51,131 nucleotides of DNA from Actinomycetota bacterium. Its GTDB lineage: Bacteria; Actinomycetota; Thermoleophilia; Gaiellales; F1-60-MAGs149. Shown in pieces: positions 1 through 8,407 of this stretch. Location: positions 1 through 51,131 of the forward strand of contig SYIF01000089.1 of assembly GCA_005798855.1 (NCBI GenBank), in the 5' to 3' direction. The position numbers and the translations under genes are program-made. The notes beneath the pieces are model-generated. The model did no database searches, was not told the DNA's origin, and was given only the letters and a program-made list of their open reading frames with translations. Every line of letters begins with the position of its first letter. Positions within the stretch are counted from its first letter, which is position 1.

Positions 1-88
1 ACCGCAAATCGCCGCATAGCCCTTTCGGCAAAACACGTAGTGCGAGGGTGGGCCAAAACCGTCAGGCCTCCGATAGAATCAGTAACGC

Positions 89-544
89 ATGAGCGATGTA
101 ACGCCCGCAATTCCCGACGGTCCGAAGCCCGGCATTCGACACATCCGGCTCGTGATTGCGATGGCTATCGCATCGCTGCTCGGCACCTTCGCCGTCTACA
201 CGGCGTTTGCTGATTCCTCAATGCCTGTGCTCGGCGTTGCCCAAGCGTCGACAGGGTATGAGGGGCAGAAGGTCCGCCTCGAAGGCAAGGTCACGAAGAC
301 CACCGGCGATGCGGCTGATCCACGCGGTATGCGCTTCACCCTGCAAGACAACGTGCACTCCGCGACCATCCCCGTCGAGTACCGCGGCGCTGTTCCGGAT
401 GCGTACCGCGTTGGGCGCGCGATCGTGATCGATGGCACCTATGAGAACGGCGTTTTTACGGCCGTCCCCGACACGCTCGTGACCAAATGTCCGTCGAAGT
501 ATCAGGACAAGGCGACGCCATCGACGTCGTCGGATTCGTCCTGA
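89..544 (+). CDS. ccmE: cytochrome c maturation heme chaperone CcmE, Cys variant (KCPSKY in place of KHDENY)
   Basis: 151-aa ORF with an N-terminal TM anchor and an OB-fold-like core (VRLEGKV...RFTLQD...VEYRG..PD......IVIDG). It lies directly upstream of ccmF. The C-terminal motif is CPSKY, with the Cys codon at 488-490. Confidence 0.85.
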   Translation: MSDVTPAIPDGPKPGIRHIRLVIAMAIASLLGTFAVYTAFADSSMPVLGVAQASTGYEGQKVRLEGKVTKTTGDAADPRGMRFTLQDNVHSATIPVEYRGAVPDAYRVGRAIVIDGTYENGVFTAVPDTLVTKCPSKYQDKATPSTSSDSS

Positions 545-563
545 ATCGTCAGGGGTACGTGAC

Positions 564-2555
564 GTGGCACTGATCGGGCAAGGTGCACTAATCCTCGCGC
601 TGCTGCTCGCGATATACGCGGCATTTGCCGGATTATTCGCGGGCTTGGGGCGCGATCGGCGTTTTATGACCAGTGCTCGTAACGCGCTGTGGGCGATTTT
701 CGCGCTCGTGGTGATTGCCGATGCGATCTTCCTCTACGCGATCTTTACGCACGACTTCTCTTTCACTGTCGTCGCCGACACGACCTCGCGCTCGCTGCCG
801 ATCGGCTACATGTTTACCGCCTGGTGGGGCTCGCAGGCGGGCTCGCTGCTCTTGTGGGTGACGATCCTCGCGGGCTTCAGTCTGCTCGCACTCCGCGCGA
901 CGCATCGTGCACTAGGCGAGTTGCAGCCATGGCTGATCATGATCCTCGCGCTGATTGGCGCGTTCTTCCTCGTGCTGCTGGTCGTGCCGGCGAGTCCTTT
1001 CGTCACCCAACTCGCGCCAGTTGACGGAGTCGGGCTCAACCCGTCGCTGCAGAACCCGTACATGGCGATCCATCCGCCCGCGCTGTATCTCGGGTACGTG
1101 GGACTCGCAATTCCGTTTGCGCTCGCAATGGCCGCGATGATTGCTGGACGCACCGACGCGCGCTGGCTCGTCGCCTCGCGGCGTTGGACGCTGGCTGCCT
1201 GGGGCTTTCTTGGCATCGGCATGCTGCTCGGCTCGCACTGGGCCTACACCGAGGTTGGGTGGGGCGGCTTCTGGGCCTGGGATCCGGTCGAAAACGCAGC
1301 GTTGATGCCATGGCTCGTGGCGACCGCCTTCTTGCACTCGGTGATGGTGCAGGAGCGCAAGGGCATGCTCAAGGTTTGGAACATCTGTCTGATCTCCGGC
1401 GCCTTCGCACTGTCGATCTTCGGTACGTTCCTAACGCGCAGCGGCATCCTCTCGTCGATCCACGCCTTCGTCTCGACCAATATCGGTTGGTACTTTGTTG
1501 TCGCGTTCGTCGCCATCATTGGTGGATCCTTCGTGTTGATCCTCTGGCGCTTGCCGCTCTTGAAAGCCGACCAGCGCATCGAGTCGCTCGTCAGTCGAGA
1601 GGCCACGTTCCTGTTCAACAACCTCCTGCTCGTCGGGATCGCTTTCGCCGTGCTGTGGGGCGTCATCTTCCCACTGGTGACCGAGGCCTTTGGCTCGGTG
1701 CGCGAGACCGTGTCAACACCGTTTTACGAGTTCTTCGTGATTGTTTTCGGCCTTCCACTCCTGCTGCTGATGGGCCTTGGGCCGCTGATTGCGTGGCGCC
1801 GCGCGTCGCTCAAGCAGTTGCAGCGGTCGTTCCTTTACCCGCTCGCAGCGGGGCTGGTGGCCGGTGGCGTGATGATCGGGTTTGGTCTGGGATCCTCGTG
1901 GCCAGGGGTCGCGGCCGGCAGCGTCTGTGCGTTTGTGACCGTCACGGTCCTCAGCGAGTTTGTACGAGGTGCCGCAGCGCGTCGCAGCATCCATGGCGAG
2001 AATTGGCTGCTCGCCCTGTCGCGCTTGATTGGTCGTAATCGGCGGCGGTATGGCGGCTACATCGTCCATCTTGGCGTGATCCTGTTCGTGATCGGCGCGG
2101 TCGGTTCAAGTGCGTACGAGACGCAAGCCGAGGGTCTACTCAAGCCGGGCGATTCGCTCAAGGTCGGCAGCAATGTCCTGACCTTCGAGGGCGTCGAGAG
2201 GACGCGCGGGCCAAACTTTGTCGCGCGCGCAGCGGTCCTCGACGTGACGAGCGATGGGAGTAACCTCGGCACGCTCAAGCCCGCCAAGCGCTCCTATCTG
2301 CGCGAGCAGACGACGTCGAACGAGGTGGCGATTCGCACGACACTGACGGGCGGCGACCTCTTCATCATTCTTGACGGCATTCGTGGCGATGGCGCGGTCA
2401 AGATTAAGGCGTTCTACAAGCCAGTGGTCGCCCTGCTTTGGATCGCCGGCTTCTTCTTCGTCGGTGGCGTGCTGCTCTGCGTCTGGCCCGATCAGCGCGA
2501 GGCGCGTCGAATCTTACGTCGCTACGCCGAAGAGCCACTGCCAGGAGAGGCGTGA
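564..2555 (+). CDS. ccmF: cytochrome c-type biogenesis protein CcmF (heme lyase)
   Basis: 663-aa polytopic membrane ORF with a GTG start. It has the WWD motif (WGGFWAWDPVENAALMPW) and the typical CcmF length. Confidence 0.92.
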   Translation: MALIGQGALILALLLAIYAAFAGLFAGLGRDRRFMTSARNALWAIFALVVIADAIFLYAIFTHDFSFTVVADTTSRSLPIGYMFTAWWGSQAGSLLLWVTILAGFSLLALRATHRALGELQPWLIMILALIGAFFLVLLVVPASPFVTQLAPVDGVGLNPSLQNPYMAIHPPALYLGYVGLAIPFALAMAAMIAGRTDARWLVASRRWTLAAWGFLGIGMLLGSHWAYTEVGWGGFWAWDPVENAALMPWLVATAFLHSVMVQERKGMLKVWNICLISGAFALSIFGTFLTRSGILSSIHAFVSTNIGWYFVVAFVAIIGGSFVLILWRLPLLKADQRIESLVSREATFLFNNLLLVGIAFAVLWGVIFPLVTEAFGSVRETVSTPFYEFFVIVFGLPLLLLMGLGPLIAWRRASLKQLQRSFLYPLAAGLVAGGVMIGFGLGSSWPGVAAGSVCAFVTVTVLSEFVRGAAARRSIHGENWLLALSRLIGRNRRRYGGYIVHLGVILFVIGAVGSSAYETQAEGLLKPGDSLKVGSNVLTFEGVERTRGPNFVARAAVLDVTSDGSNLGTLKPAKRSYLREQTTSNEVAIRTTLTGGDLFIILDGIRGDGAVKIKAFYKPVVALLWIAGFFFVGGVLLCVWPDQREARRILRRYAEEPLPGEA

Positions 2556-2854
2556 TGATTGCCGCTCTCGTCCTTGGTCTGATTGCGCTCGCAGCCGTAG
2601 TTGGTGTGGCCTGGCCACTCGCGCGTCCCGCCTCGGCCGGCGACCAGCTCGATCCGTTTACGGAGAGTCAGCGCCGTCGACTCGCGCTCCGCGAAGAGCG
2701 CGATCTCGCACTCGCCGCACTCAAGGAACTCGAAGTCGACCACGCCACGCACCACATTGGCGACGAAGACTACGCCGAGCTGGTGGCGGACTATCGTGCC
2801 CGCGCTGCAGAAGCAATTCGGCAGTTGGATGCCGAACTGCCTCCTGTCAGCTAG
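2555..2854 (+). CDS. small membrane protein (one TM plus a charged helix), translationally coupled to ccmF
   Basis: The ATG overlaps the ccmF stop (TGATG). The N-terminus is a TM helix (MIAALVLGLIALAAVVGVAW). No CXXC/LRCxxC motif is present, so it is not called CcmH. Confidence 0.55.
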   Translation: MIAALVLGLIALAAVVGVAWPLARPASAGDQLDPFTESQRRRLALREERDLALAALKELEVDHATHHIGDEDYAELVADYRARAAEAIRQLDAELPPVS

Positions 2855-2881
2855 GTCGAGGCTTCCCGGTACTCTGCCGGC

Positions 2882-3589
2882 ATGACAGTTCCAGTCCGTT
2901 TTGAGATTCGTGATGCGCTTGCGGTCATCACCATCGACGATGCGACGACGCGCAATGCGTTGGGCCCAGAGGCGACAGCGTTGATTACGCGCTTCGCGCT
3001 CGAGGCTGCCGCGACCGAGTCGGTGCGCCTGTTGATGCTGACGGGGGCGGACGGTGTGTTCTGTTCCGGCGCCGCGATTCGCGAGTGGGAAGCGTTGGAC
3101 GAGACGGGGGAGACCCTGACCGATCGCGGCACCGAGCTCTGTGACCTGCTCGAAGAGCTGCCCCTGCTCGTTGTCGCCTGTCTGCCTGGACACGCGGTGG
3201 GTGGTGGCGCCGAGCTGGCACTCGCGGCTGACTGGCGAATTGCTGCGCCCGATGCCGAGCTGCGGTTCGTCCACGCGGGCTTTGGTCTGATGCCTGGCTT
3301 TGGTGGGCTGGTGCGTCTCGAATTGTTGGTGGGACGCCCGAAGACGCTCGAGTACCTAGCGACCCGCGCTCGGGTCGGTGCAGACGAAGCGCTCGCCGTT
3401 GGCTTGGTCGACGCGATAGTTACGGCCGATACGCAACTCGCCTGGGCAGAGCAGCGAGCCGCAGACATGGTCGGCTCGGACCGTGCAGCGCTCGCTGCAA
3501 TCAAGCTTGCCTCCGCGACGGGCGATGAGCGTGCGGCTTTCCTCGATATCTGGCCCGATCGACAATTGCCCGATCGCCTCGGCTCGTGA
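2882..3589 (+). CDS. enoyl-CoA hydratase/isomerase (crotonase) family protein
   Basis: Crotonase signatures are visible: ITIDD...RNAL, FCSGAAI, GHAVGGGAELALAADWRIA. Confidence 0.85.
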   Translation: MTVPVRFEIRDALAVITIDDATTRNALGPEATALITRFALEAAATESVRLLMLTGADGVFCSGAAIREWEALDETGETLTDRGTELCDLLEELPLLVVACLPGHAVGGGAELALAADWRIAAPDAELRFVHAGFGLMPGFGGLVRLELLVGRPKTLEYLATRARVGADEALAVGLVDAIVTADTQLAWAEQRAADMVGSDRAALAAIKLASATGDERAAFLDIWPDRQLPDRLGS

Positions 3590-3633
3590 CGGGCGCGTCG
3601 GCTACCCTATGAGTTCACGCGAAGGATGTAGGC

Positions 3634-3939
3634 ATGAGCGAAGTCACGAAGCAAATTGTGCTCGACGCACTCAACCAAGTTGAGGACCCCGAGCTGATGA
3701 TGGGTATCGTCGACATCGGTCTCGTTTACGAGGTCGAGATTGATGAGGCCAAGAATGTTCACGCGACCTACTCGCTGACGTCGATGGGGTGCCCTGCTGG
3801 TCCTCACATCGCGTCCGAGATTGATCGTGCGATTCGCGAGGTGCCTGGTGTCAACGAGGTCGAGGCCGAACTGGTCTGGTCGCCGCCGTGGACGCCCGAG
3901 CGCATGAGCGAAGACGCTAAGTTCGCACTCGGCTTCTAG
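3634..3939 (+). CDS. DUF59 / MIP18-family Fe-S cluster assembly protein (SufT/PaaD-like)
   Basis: 101 aa with VEDPEL..GIVDIGLVY...TSMGCPAG...V.W.PPW, which is typical of DUF59. An AAGGA RBS precedes the ATG. Confidence 0.85.
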   Translation: MSEVTKQIVLDALNQVEDPELMMGIVDIGLVYEVEIDEAKNVHATYSLTSMGCPAGPHIASEIDRAIREVPGVNEVEAELVWSPPWTPERMSEDAKFALGF

Positions 3940-3966
3940 TCGTACCGCGACACACGTGCGTACGAC

Positions 3967-4137
3967 CTAGCCGAGTTTGGCTTTGCGGCGCTCTTTCTCG
4001 TAGGTAGGATGCTGCACGATTTCGCCACTGACGTCGACTCCGCCGACACGGGCAGTGATCGCCTGTCCAACGACGATGCGATCGATATCCAGCTTGGCAA
4101 GGCCTAGCGTGTGACTTGACCCCACTTTCTGGTTCAC
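3967..4137 (-). CDS. hypothetical small protein (about 56 aa from GTG 4137). The 77-aa track ORF extends into the IS end.
   Basis: The first 16 codons of track ORF 3967..4200 lie inside the IS inverted repeat, so they cannot be native. An in-frame GTG at 4137 lies outside the IS. No family was recognised and third-position GC is lower than in neighbouring genes. Confidence 0.3.
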   Translation of the reverse strand: MNQKVGSSHTLGLAKLDIDRIVVGQAITARVGGVDVSGEIVQHPTYEKERRKAKLG

Positions 4138-4196
4138 GTGTTGAATAGCTCCTGGAGTTGCCCCGTTTTCGTGGACACGGGTTGTTGGTGGTTTGA

Positions 4197-5078
4197 TCAT
4201 GCCGGCACGGCTTCGGCTGGTCCAGTCTGTTCGTAGCTGACGGGGCTCTGATAGTCGAGGCGTGAGTGGCGGTGGTGCGGGTTGTACCAGGCTTCGATGT
4301 ATTCGAAGATCGCTTGGCCGAGCTGTTCGCGTGTGGTCCAGGATCGCGTGTCGAGGAGCTCGCGTTGGAGCGTGGCGAAGAAGCTCTCGCAGAGCGCGTT
4401 GTCGTAGGCGGAGCCGACGCGGCCCATGCTGCCGAGCGGTCCTGCTTGGCGGAGCCGGTGTCTAAACGCCCAGGACGTATATTGGGCGCCCCTGTCGGAG
4501 TGCAGGATTGTCTGGCCGGGCTCGGGTCGGCGGCGCCAGCGTGCGACCTCGAGCGCGTCGATGACGAGCTCGGTCTTGAGATGGTCGGCGATCGAGAGGC
4601 CGACGACTCTGCGCGAGTAGACATCGATCACGACGGCCGCGTAGACCCAGCCCTCCCGCGTTGGGTGCTGGGTGATATCGGTCACCCAGAGCCGATCAGG
4701 CTGGTCGACTCGGAAGACGCGTTTGACGTGATCATCGTGCGTCGCCGTCGACGCCTTCGACCGGCGAAAACGGCGCCGATACGAGCCCTCGAGGCGTTCT
4801 TCGCGCATCAACCGGGCGATCCGCTTGCGACTCACCCGAATACCGCGGCCGAGGCGCAGCTCGGCCGTTACGCGCGGCGCGCCGTACGTGCCACGCGAGA
4901 GGGCGTGGATCTCCTTGACGTGACGCAGCAAGTCCCGATCAGAAACGGCTCTTGCCGATTCGGGTCGCTCAACCCACGCGTAGTAGCCCGATCTCGAGAC
5001 ACCGAGTGTCCGGCAGGCCACCGCCACGGGAAACCCCGCGGCGGCTAGGTCCTGGACCAACCGGAAGCCTATTTTGGG
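4197..5078 (-). CDS. IS3-family transposase OrfB (DDE/rve domain), expected to be made as an OrfAB fusion
   Basis: The -1 frame is open from the slippery heptamer onward. Visible motifs are WVTDIT, HSDRGAQYTS and YDNALCESFF. Confidence 0.88.
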   Translation of the reverse strand, partial: PKIGFRLVQDLAAAGFPVAVACRTLGVSRSGYYAWVERPESARAVSDRDLLRHVKEIHALSRGTYGAPRVTAELRLGRGIRVSRKRIARLMREERLEGSYRRRFRRSKASTATHDDHVKRVFRVDQPDRLWVTDITQHPTREGWVYAAVVIDVYSRRVVGLSIADHLKTELVIDALEVARWRRRPEPGQTILHSDRGAQYTSWAFRHRLRQAGPLGSMGRVGSAYDNALCESFFATLQRELLDTRSWTTREQLGQAIFEYIEAWYNPHHRHSRLDYQSPVSYEQTGPAEAVPA

Positions 5079-5356
5079 AGGACATTCTCCTTGGCGAAGA
5101 ACGCACTCGCCCGCTTCAGGATCTCGACCTCCATCTCCAAAACGCGATTACGCCGACGCAACTCGACCAGCTCCTTACGCTCACTGCTGGTCAGGCCCTC
5201 GCGCGTGCCCTCCTCGACCTCGGCCTGCTGGATCCAGCGCCTGAGACACGAATCCGAGATCCCCAGATCCTTCGCGATCTGCGGGACGGTCGCGCCCTCC
5301 TGACGCGTCAGCCCAACCGCCCTACGACGGAACTCCTCCGGCATCGCCTTCGGCAT
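5069..5356 (-). CDS. IS3-family transposase OrfA (HTH)
   Basis: 95 aa starting at ATG 5356. It has an HTH (VPQIAKDLGISDSCLRRW) followed by a leucine-zipper-like segment. It ends immediately after the slippery site. Confidence 0.88.
   Translation of the reverse strand: MPKAMPEEFRRRAVGLTRQEGATVPQIAKDLGISDSCLRRWIQQAEVEEGTREGLTSSERKELVELRRRNRVLEMEVEILKRASAFFAKENVLPK
5072..5078 (-). promoter_or_regulatory. programmed -1 ribosomal frameshift heptamer C CCA AAA
   Basis: The minus strand reads CCCAAAA, which fits the X XXY YYZ pattern. It sits directly before the orfA TAG, and the orfB frame is open across it. Confidence 0.7.
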
Positions 5357-5475
5357 TGTTGACTCCTCTCCGAGCGCATCATCGCGCCCAAGTGAGATGT
5401 CCACCAAACCGGGGCAACTCCACGTCCGCCCGTCGGTTTCCGAAAGTAGTTCGGAGCCACGAACGGTGTACGGCC

Positions 5476-5501
5476 GGAGGGCCCGCTTCGGCGGGCCCTC
5501 C
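5476..5501 (-). terminator. GC-rich stem-loop (11-bp perfect stem, 4-nt loop), candidate terminator downstream of rpsR
   Basis: The sequence is GGAGGGCCCGC-TTCG-GCGGGCCCTCC. It lies 145 nt past the rpsR stop and 54 nt from the IS end. No clear U-tract follows on the minus strand. Confidence 0.5.
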
Positions 5502-5645
5502 GCTTGTTCGTGGCGACGTTCTGGTGGCGCGCGGGTAGGTGATGGCCAGGGCGCGGTCTGGTGTGTGGCTGAATGCGTTTTCCGTGCGCGTGTCTCTAGG
5601 CGCAGGCGAGCGCTGACAGGTCGAACCACTGACCGCGCCGGCGGT

Positions 5646-6062
5646 TTAGACCTCGTCGTCGAGAACGGCAGCGGGGATTTCGTCGATTTCGACGATCTCC
5701 ACGACTTCCTCGTAGCGCGGTGCTTCAGTGGCCTGGGAGGCCTCTGCGGATGCCATCGTCTGCTCGTCGCGATCCTCGCCACGACCACGATCGGAGCGAC
5801 CACCACGGGCGCGCTCCATCTTGGGCATCACGAAGGGGAGCAGACCCATCTCGCGGGCGCGCTTGATCTCGCGCGCTGCGAGTGTCTGCTGCCGACGGGA
5901 AAGACCCGTCATACGGCGCGAACGGATCTTGCCGCGGTCCGATAGGAAGCGCTTGAGGCCTTCGACGTTGGTGTAGCGGATTTGGTCGTCCGTGATCTGG
6001 ACGCGCTTGCGCTTCTTGAGCGGAAGTGCTGTTCGCTTACGTCGGGTCTGCTGTTGTGCCAC
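5646..6062 (-). CDS. rpsR: 30S ribosomal protein S18 with a long acidic C-terminal extension
   Basis: The S18 core is present: YTNVEGLKRFLSDRGKIRSRRMTGLSRRQQ..LAREIKRAREMGLLPF. The ORF is 138 aa with a GTG start and has no CxxC motif. Confidence 0.85.
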   Translation of the reverse strand: MAQQQTRRKRTALPLKKRKRVQITDDQIRYTNVEGLKRFLSDRGKIRSRRMTGLSRRQQTLAAREIKRAREMGLLPFVMPKMERARGGRSDRGRGEDRDEQTMASAEASQATEAPRYEEVVEIVEIDEIPAAVLDDEV

Positions 6063-6124
6063 GGGGTGAAAAACTCCCTATCGGGTTAGCCGGGGGATCA
6101 TACCCCAGCCTGAAAAAAAAGCGG

Positions 6125-6580
6125 TCAGGTACCCAGCATGCTGTCGCGCGCAGCGACGGCAAGCACGTCGGCTCGCTCGTTGAACTCGATGCCAGCGTGA
6201 CCTTTGACGCGTTCGAAGCGTACGTCGTGGGCCGCGGAGGCGTCGAGTAGGAGCTGCCAGAGGTCCTGGTTTTCGACGGGCTTCTTGGCGGCGGTTTTCC
6301 AGCCGTTTCGTTGCCAGTTCTTGAGCCAGCCTTGGGTGAACGCCTTTTCGACGTAGGCCGAGTCCGTCACGACGACGACTTTGGTGGGTCGGGTCAGCGT
6401 CTCGAGGCCTTTGAGGACGCCCATCAGCTCCATCCGGTTGTTGGTGGTGTGCTCGTCGGCGCCTGCAATCTCGTGCTCGTGGTCTCGCCAGCGCAAGATT
6501 GCCGCCCAGCCACCGGGGCCGGGATTGCCGGAGCAGGCGCCATCGGTCCAGATCTCAACTTCGTCTTCTTTAGCGGGCAT
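6125..6580 (-). CDS. rnhA: ribonuclease HI
   Basis: 151 aa from ATG 6580. Motifs: IWTDGACSGNPGPGGW, TNNRMEL, VTDSAYV, W.KNGWK, GHAG...NE.AD. Confidence 0.9.
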   Translation of the reverse strand: MPAKEDEVEIWTDGACSGNPGPGGWAAILRWRDHEHEIAGADEHTTNNRMELMGVLKGLETLTRPTKVVVVTDSAYVEKAFTQGWLKNWQRNGWKTAAKKPVENQDLWQLLLDASAAHDVRFERVKGHAGIEFNERADVLAVAARDSMLGT

Positions 6581-6664
6581 GCGGAGAACACTACTTTGGC
6601 GACAACGCGACATTCTGGGCCCGGGCCCAGACTGTCGCCACGACCGGCGGGGTACGCTCCCCGT

Positions 6665-7669
6665 ATGGGAATGCCGACAATGGACGACCTGGCAGCGCTC
6701 GTGCGGGAGGACGGAATCGTGTTGGGTGCTGCGCCCGCGTCGGCGTACACCGAGGTTGAGGCGGCACTCAAGGATCGGGTCGAGCGAGGGTTTTGGGCCG
6801 ACATGCGCTTCACCGCGGCCCGCCCCGAGGTGTCCTGCCATCCGGAGCAGGCGGTGCGCAACGCGCAGACGGTGATCAGCGCCGTGCTACCGATCTGGGA
6901 GCCGGGCACGCCGCGGCCGGAGGGGCCCGTCGGGCGGCTGCCGCGCTACGCGTGGGCGGATCCCTATACGACGCTGCGTGACGCCCTGGGGCGCGTACGT
7001 AACGCCCTCACGGCGGAGGGGTTCTGTAGCGTCGTGCACGTCGACGCAAACCACCACGTCGATCGCGAGGGTGCTCGCCGCGCAGGGCTGACCTTCGGCG
7101 GCAAGAACACGATGGCGATCGCGCCCGGGCTTGGCTCGTTCATCTCGATCGGCACGCTGATCACTGACGCGCCCATCGACTACGAGCCGCCCGCACCGGT
7201 GCGGCAGGGCTGCGGCTCCTGCACGCTCTGCATCGACGCCTGCCCGACGGGCGCGCTCGACGAGGAGTACGTCCTCAATGCCGAGCAGTGCATCTCGTAC
7301 TGGACGCAGAGCCGCCGCGAGGTGCCGGAGGAGATCGCCGAGGGCATGGGGGACCAGGTCTACGGCTGCGACATCTGCCAGGACGTGTGCCCGTACAACC
7401 AGGGTCCGATCGAGCGTCGCGCCGACCGCACGCCCTCCGCCGACGGCTGGGTGCGTCTCGATGCGTGGCTCGAGGCCTCCGAGGAGGACCTGCTCGAGCA
7501 CTATCGACGCCTCTACGTCCCCGACCTCGACGGGCGCTACCTCAAGCGCAACGCGTTGCTCGCGCTCGGCACCGGGCCCGAGCAGTACCGCGAGCTGGCG
7601 CAGCCGTTCGCGGTGGGGGAGGATCCGATCCTGACGCCGGCCGCCCGGCGGGCGCTCACTGGGCGGTGA
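6665..7669 (+). CDS. queG: epoxyqueuosine reductase QueG
   Basis: Two 4Fe-4S motifs are present (CGSCTLCIDACPTGAL and CDICQDVCPYN), plus CISYWTQ. The start was chosen at ATG 6665. The longer track ORF from 6311 is antisense to rnhA. Confidence 0.85.
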   Translation: MGMPTMDDLAALVREDGIVLGAAPASAYTEVEAALKDRVERGFWADMRFTAARPEVSCHPEQAVRNAQTVISAVLPIWEPGTPRPEGPVGRLPRYAWADPYTTLRDALGRVRNALTAEGFCSVVHVDANHHVDREGARRAGLTFGGKNTMAIAPGLGSFISIGTLITDAPIDYEPPAPVRQGCGSCTLCIDACPTGALDEEYVLNAEQCISYWTQSRREVPEEIAEGMGDQVYGCDICQDVCPYNQGPIERRADRTPSADGWVRLDAWLEASEEDLLEHYRRLYVPDLDGRYLKRNALLALGTGPEQYRELAQPFAVGEDPILTPAARRALTGR

Positions 7670-8303
7670 TCGTGAGGGACGCGACGTTATAGTGCACCGG
7701 CGTCGTGAGGGGAGCTGAGCCGTTGGAGCAGCCGGCCATCACGCGAGCCGTGTGGTTGCCGGCCAACTGCGCCACGTTCATCTTGCCGAATAGGACGAAC
7801 CCGTCCACCGTCATTCCGCTGTCCAAGAATTCGCGGGCGCTCTTGGCGAGCACGGTGCCATCGACCGAGAGGAAGAGCAGGGGAACGCTGTTCGTGCACA
7901 TGTTGGCTATCAGGGTGGTGTCGAAGCGGGCGAACATCGCGAACTTCCCCGCCTGGTCCAGGCAGACGGTTCCGGAGGCAATCGAGACGGCGTTGGATTC
8001 GATGGGGTTGGTCTGCGAATCGCCGGCCACGGATGAGTACTGCGCTCCCGCCGCACCCGTCTCGCCCTGCGCTCCCGCCGCACCCGTCGCACCCGTCGCA
8101 CCCGTCGCACCCGTCGCCCCGGTATCGCCCTTGAGCAGCGTCCCCGCCACGAAGTCAGCACTCGACAGCGAGCCATTCTTGACCTTGACGCCGGTGACAG
8201 CATTCTTCTTGAGTTGCTGCGTGCCGACGCTGTTCTTTGGCAGCGCGGTCACGGCGTAGGACGTGCCGCCGAGAGCGATAAACAGTGCGAGGAGCGCGAT
8301 CAC
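7656..8303 (-). CDS. membrane-anchored or secreted collagen-like triple-helix-repeat protein
   Basis: There is an N-terminal hydrophobic segment, then ten consecutive G-X-Y triplets (GDTGATGATGATGATGAAGAQGETGAAGAQ), then a Cys-containing C-terminal domain of about 125 aa. The 3' end overlaps queG convergently by 14 bp. Confidence 0.7.
   Translation of the reverse strand: MIALLALFIALGGTSYAVTALPKNSVGTQQLKKNAVTGVKVKNGSLSSADFVAGTLLKGDTGATGATGATGATGAAGAQGETGAAGAQYSSVAGDSQTNPIESNAVSIASGTVCLDQAGKFAMFARFDTTLIANMCTNSVPLLFLSVDGTVLAKSAREFLDSGMTVDGFVLFGKMNVAQLAGNHTARVMAGCSNGSAPLTTPVHYNVASLTITAQ
8041..8130 (-). repeat. tandem 9-bp (GCACCCGTC) and 27-bp repeats encoding the GXY tract
   Basis: The unit gcacccgtc is repeated back to back between about 8079 and 8114. 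The string tgcgctcccgccgcacccgtc occurs twice, 27 bp apart. Confidence 0.85.
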
Positions 8304-8407
8304 GTTGGAGAAGGTCAGGCGCTTCTGAAAGAAGTCAACGGGCGAATCAGAAACACGGAATTCCTACTCGAGTAGTGTGAGGGTTTCCACCCGTCTCGCG
8401 CGGCGGG

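Larger units (their letters stand above)
4153..5422 (-). mobile_element. IS3-family insertion sequence, 1270 bp (orfA/orfB with a -1 frameshift)
   Basis: The terminal inverted repeats are TGGAGTTGCCCCGTTTTCGTGGAC (4153-4176) and the reverse complement of 5399-5422, TGGAGTTGCCCCGGTTTGGTGGAC. They match at 22/24 positions and have TG...CA termini. They enclose an HTH orfA and a DDE orfB. Confidence 0.9.

Noticed and set aside
5423-5806. 245-aa track ORF extending IS orfA upstream across the IS boundary and into rpsR
   Set aside because: The orfA homology starts at ATG 5356. The upstream part crosses the IS inverted repeat and the GC hairpin, and it overlaps rpsR in another frame.
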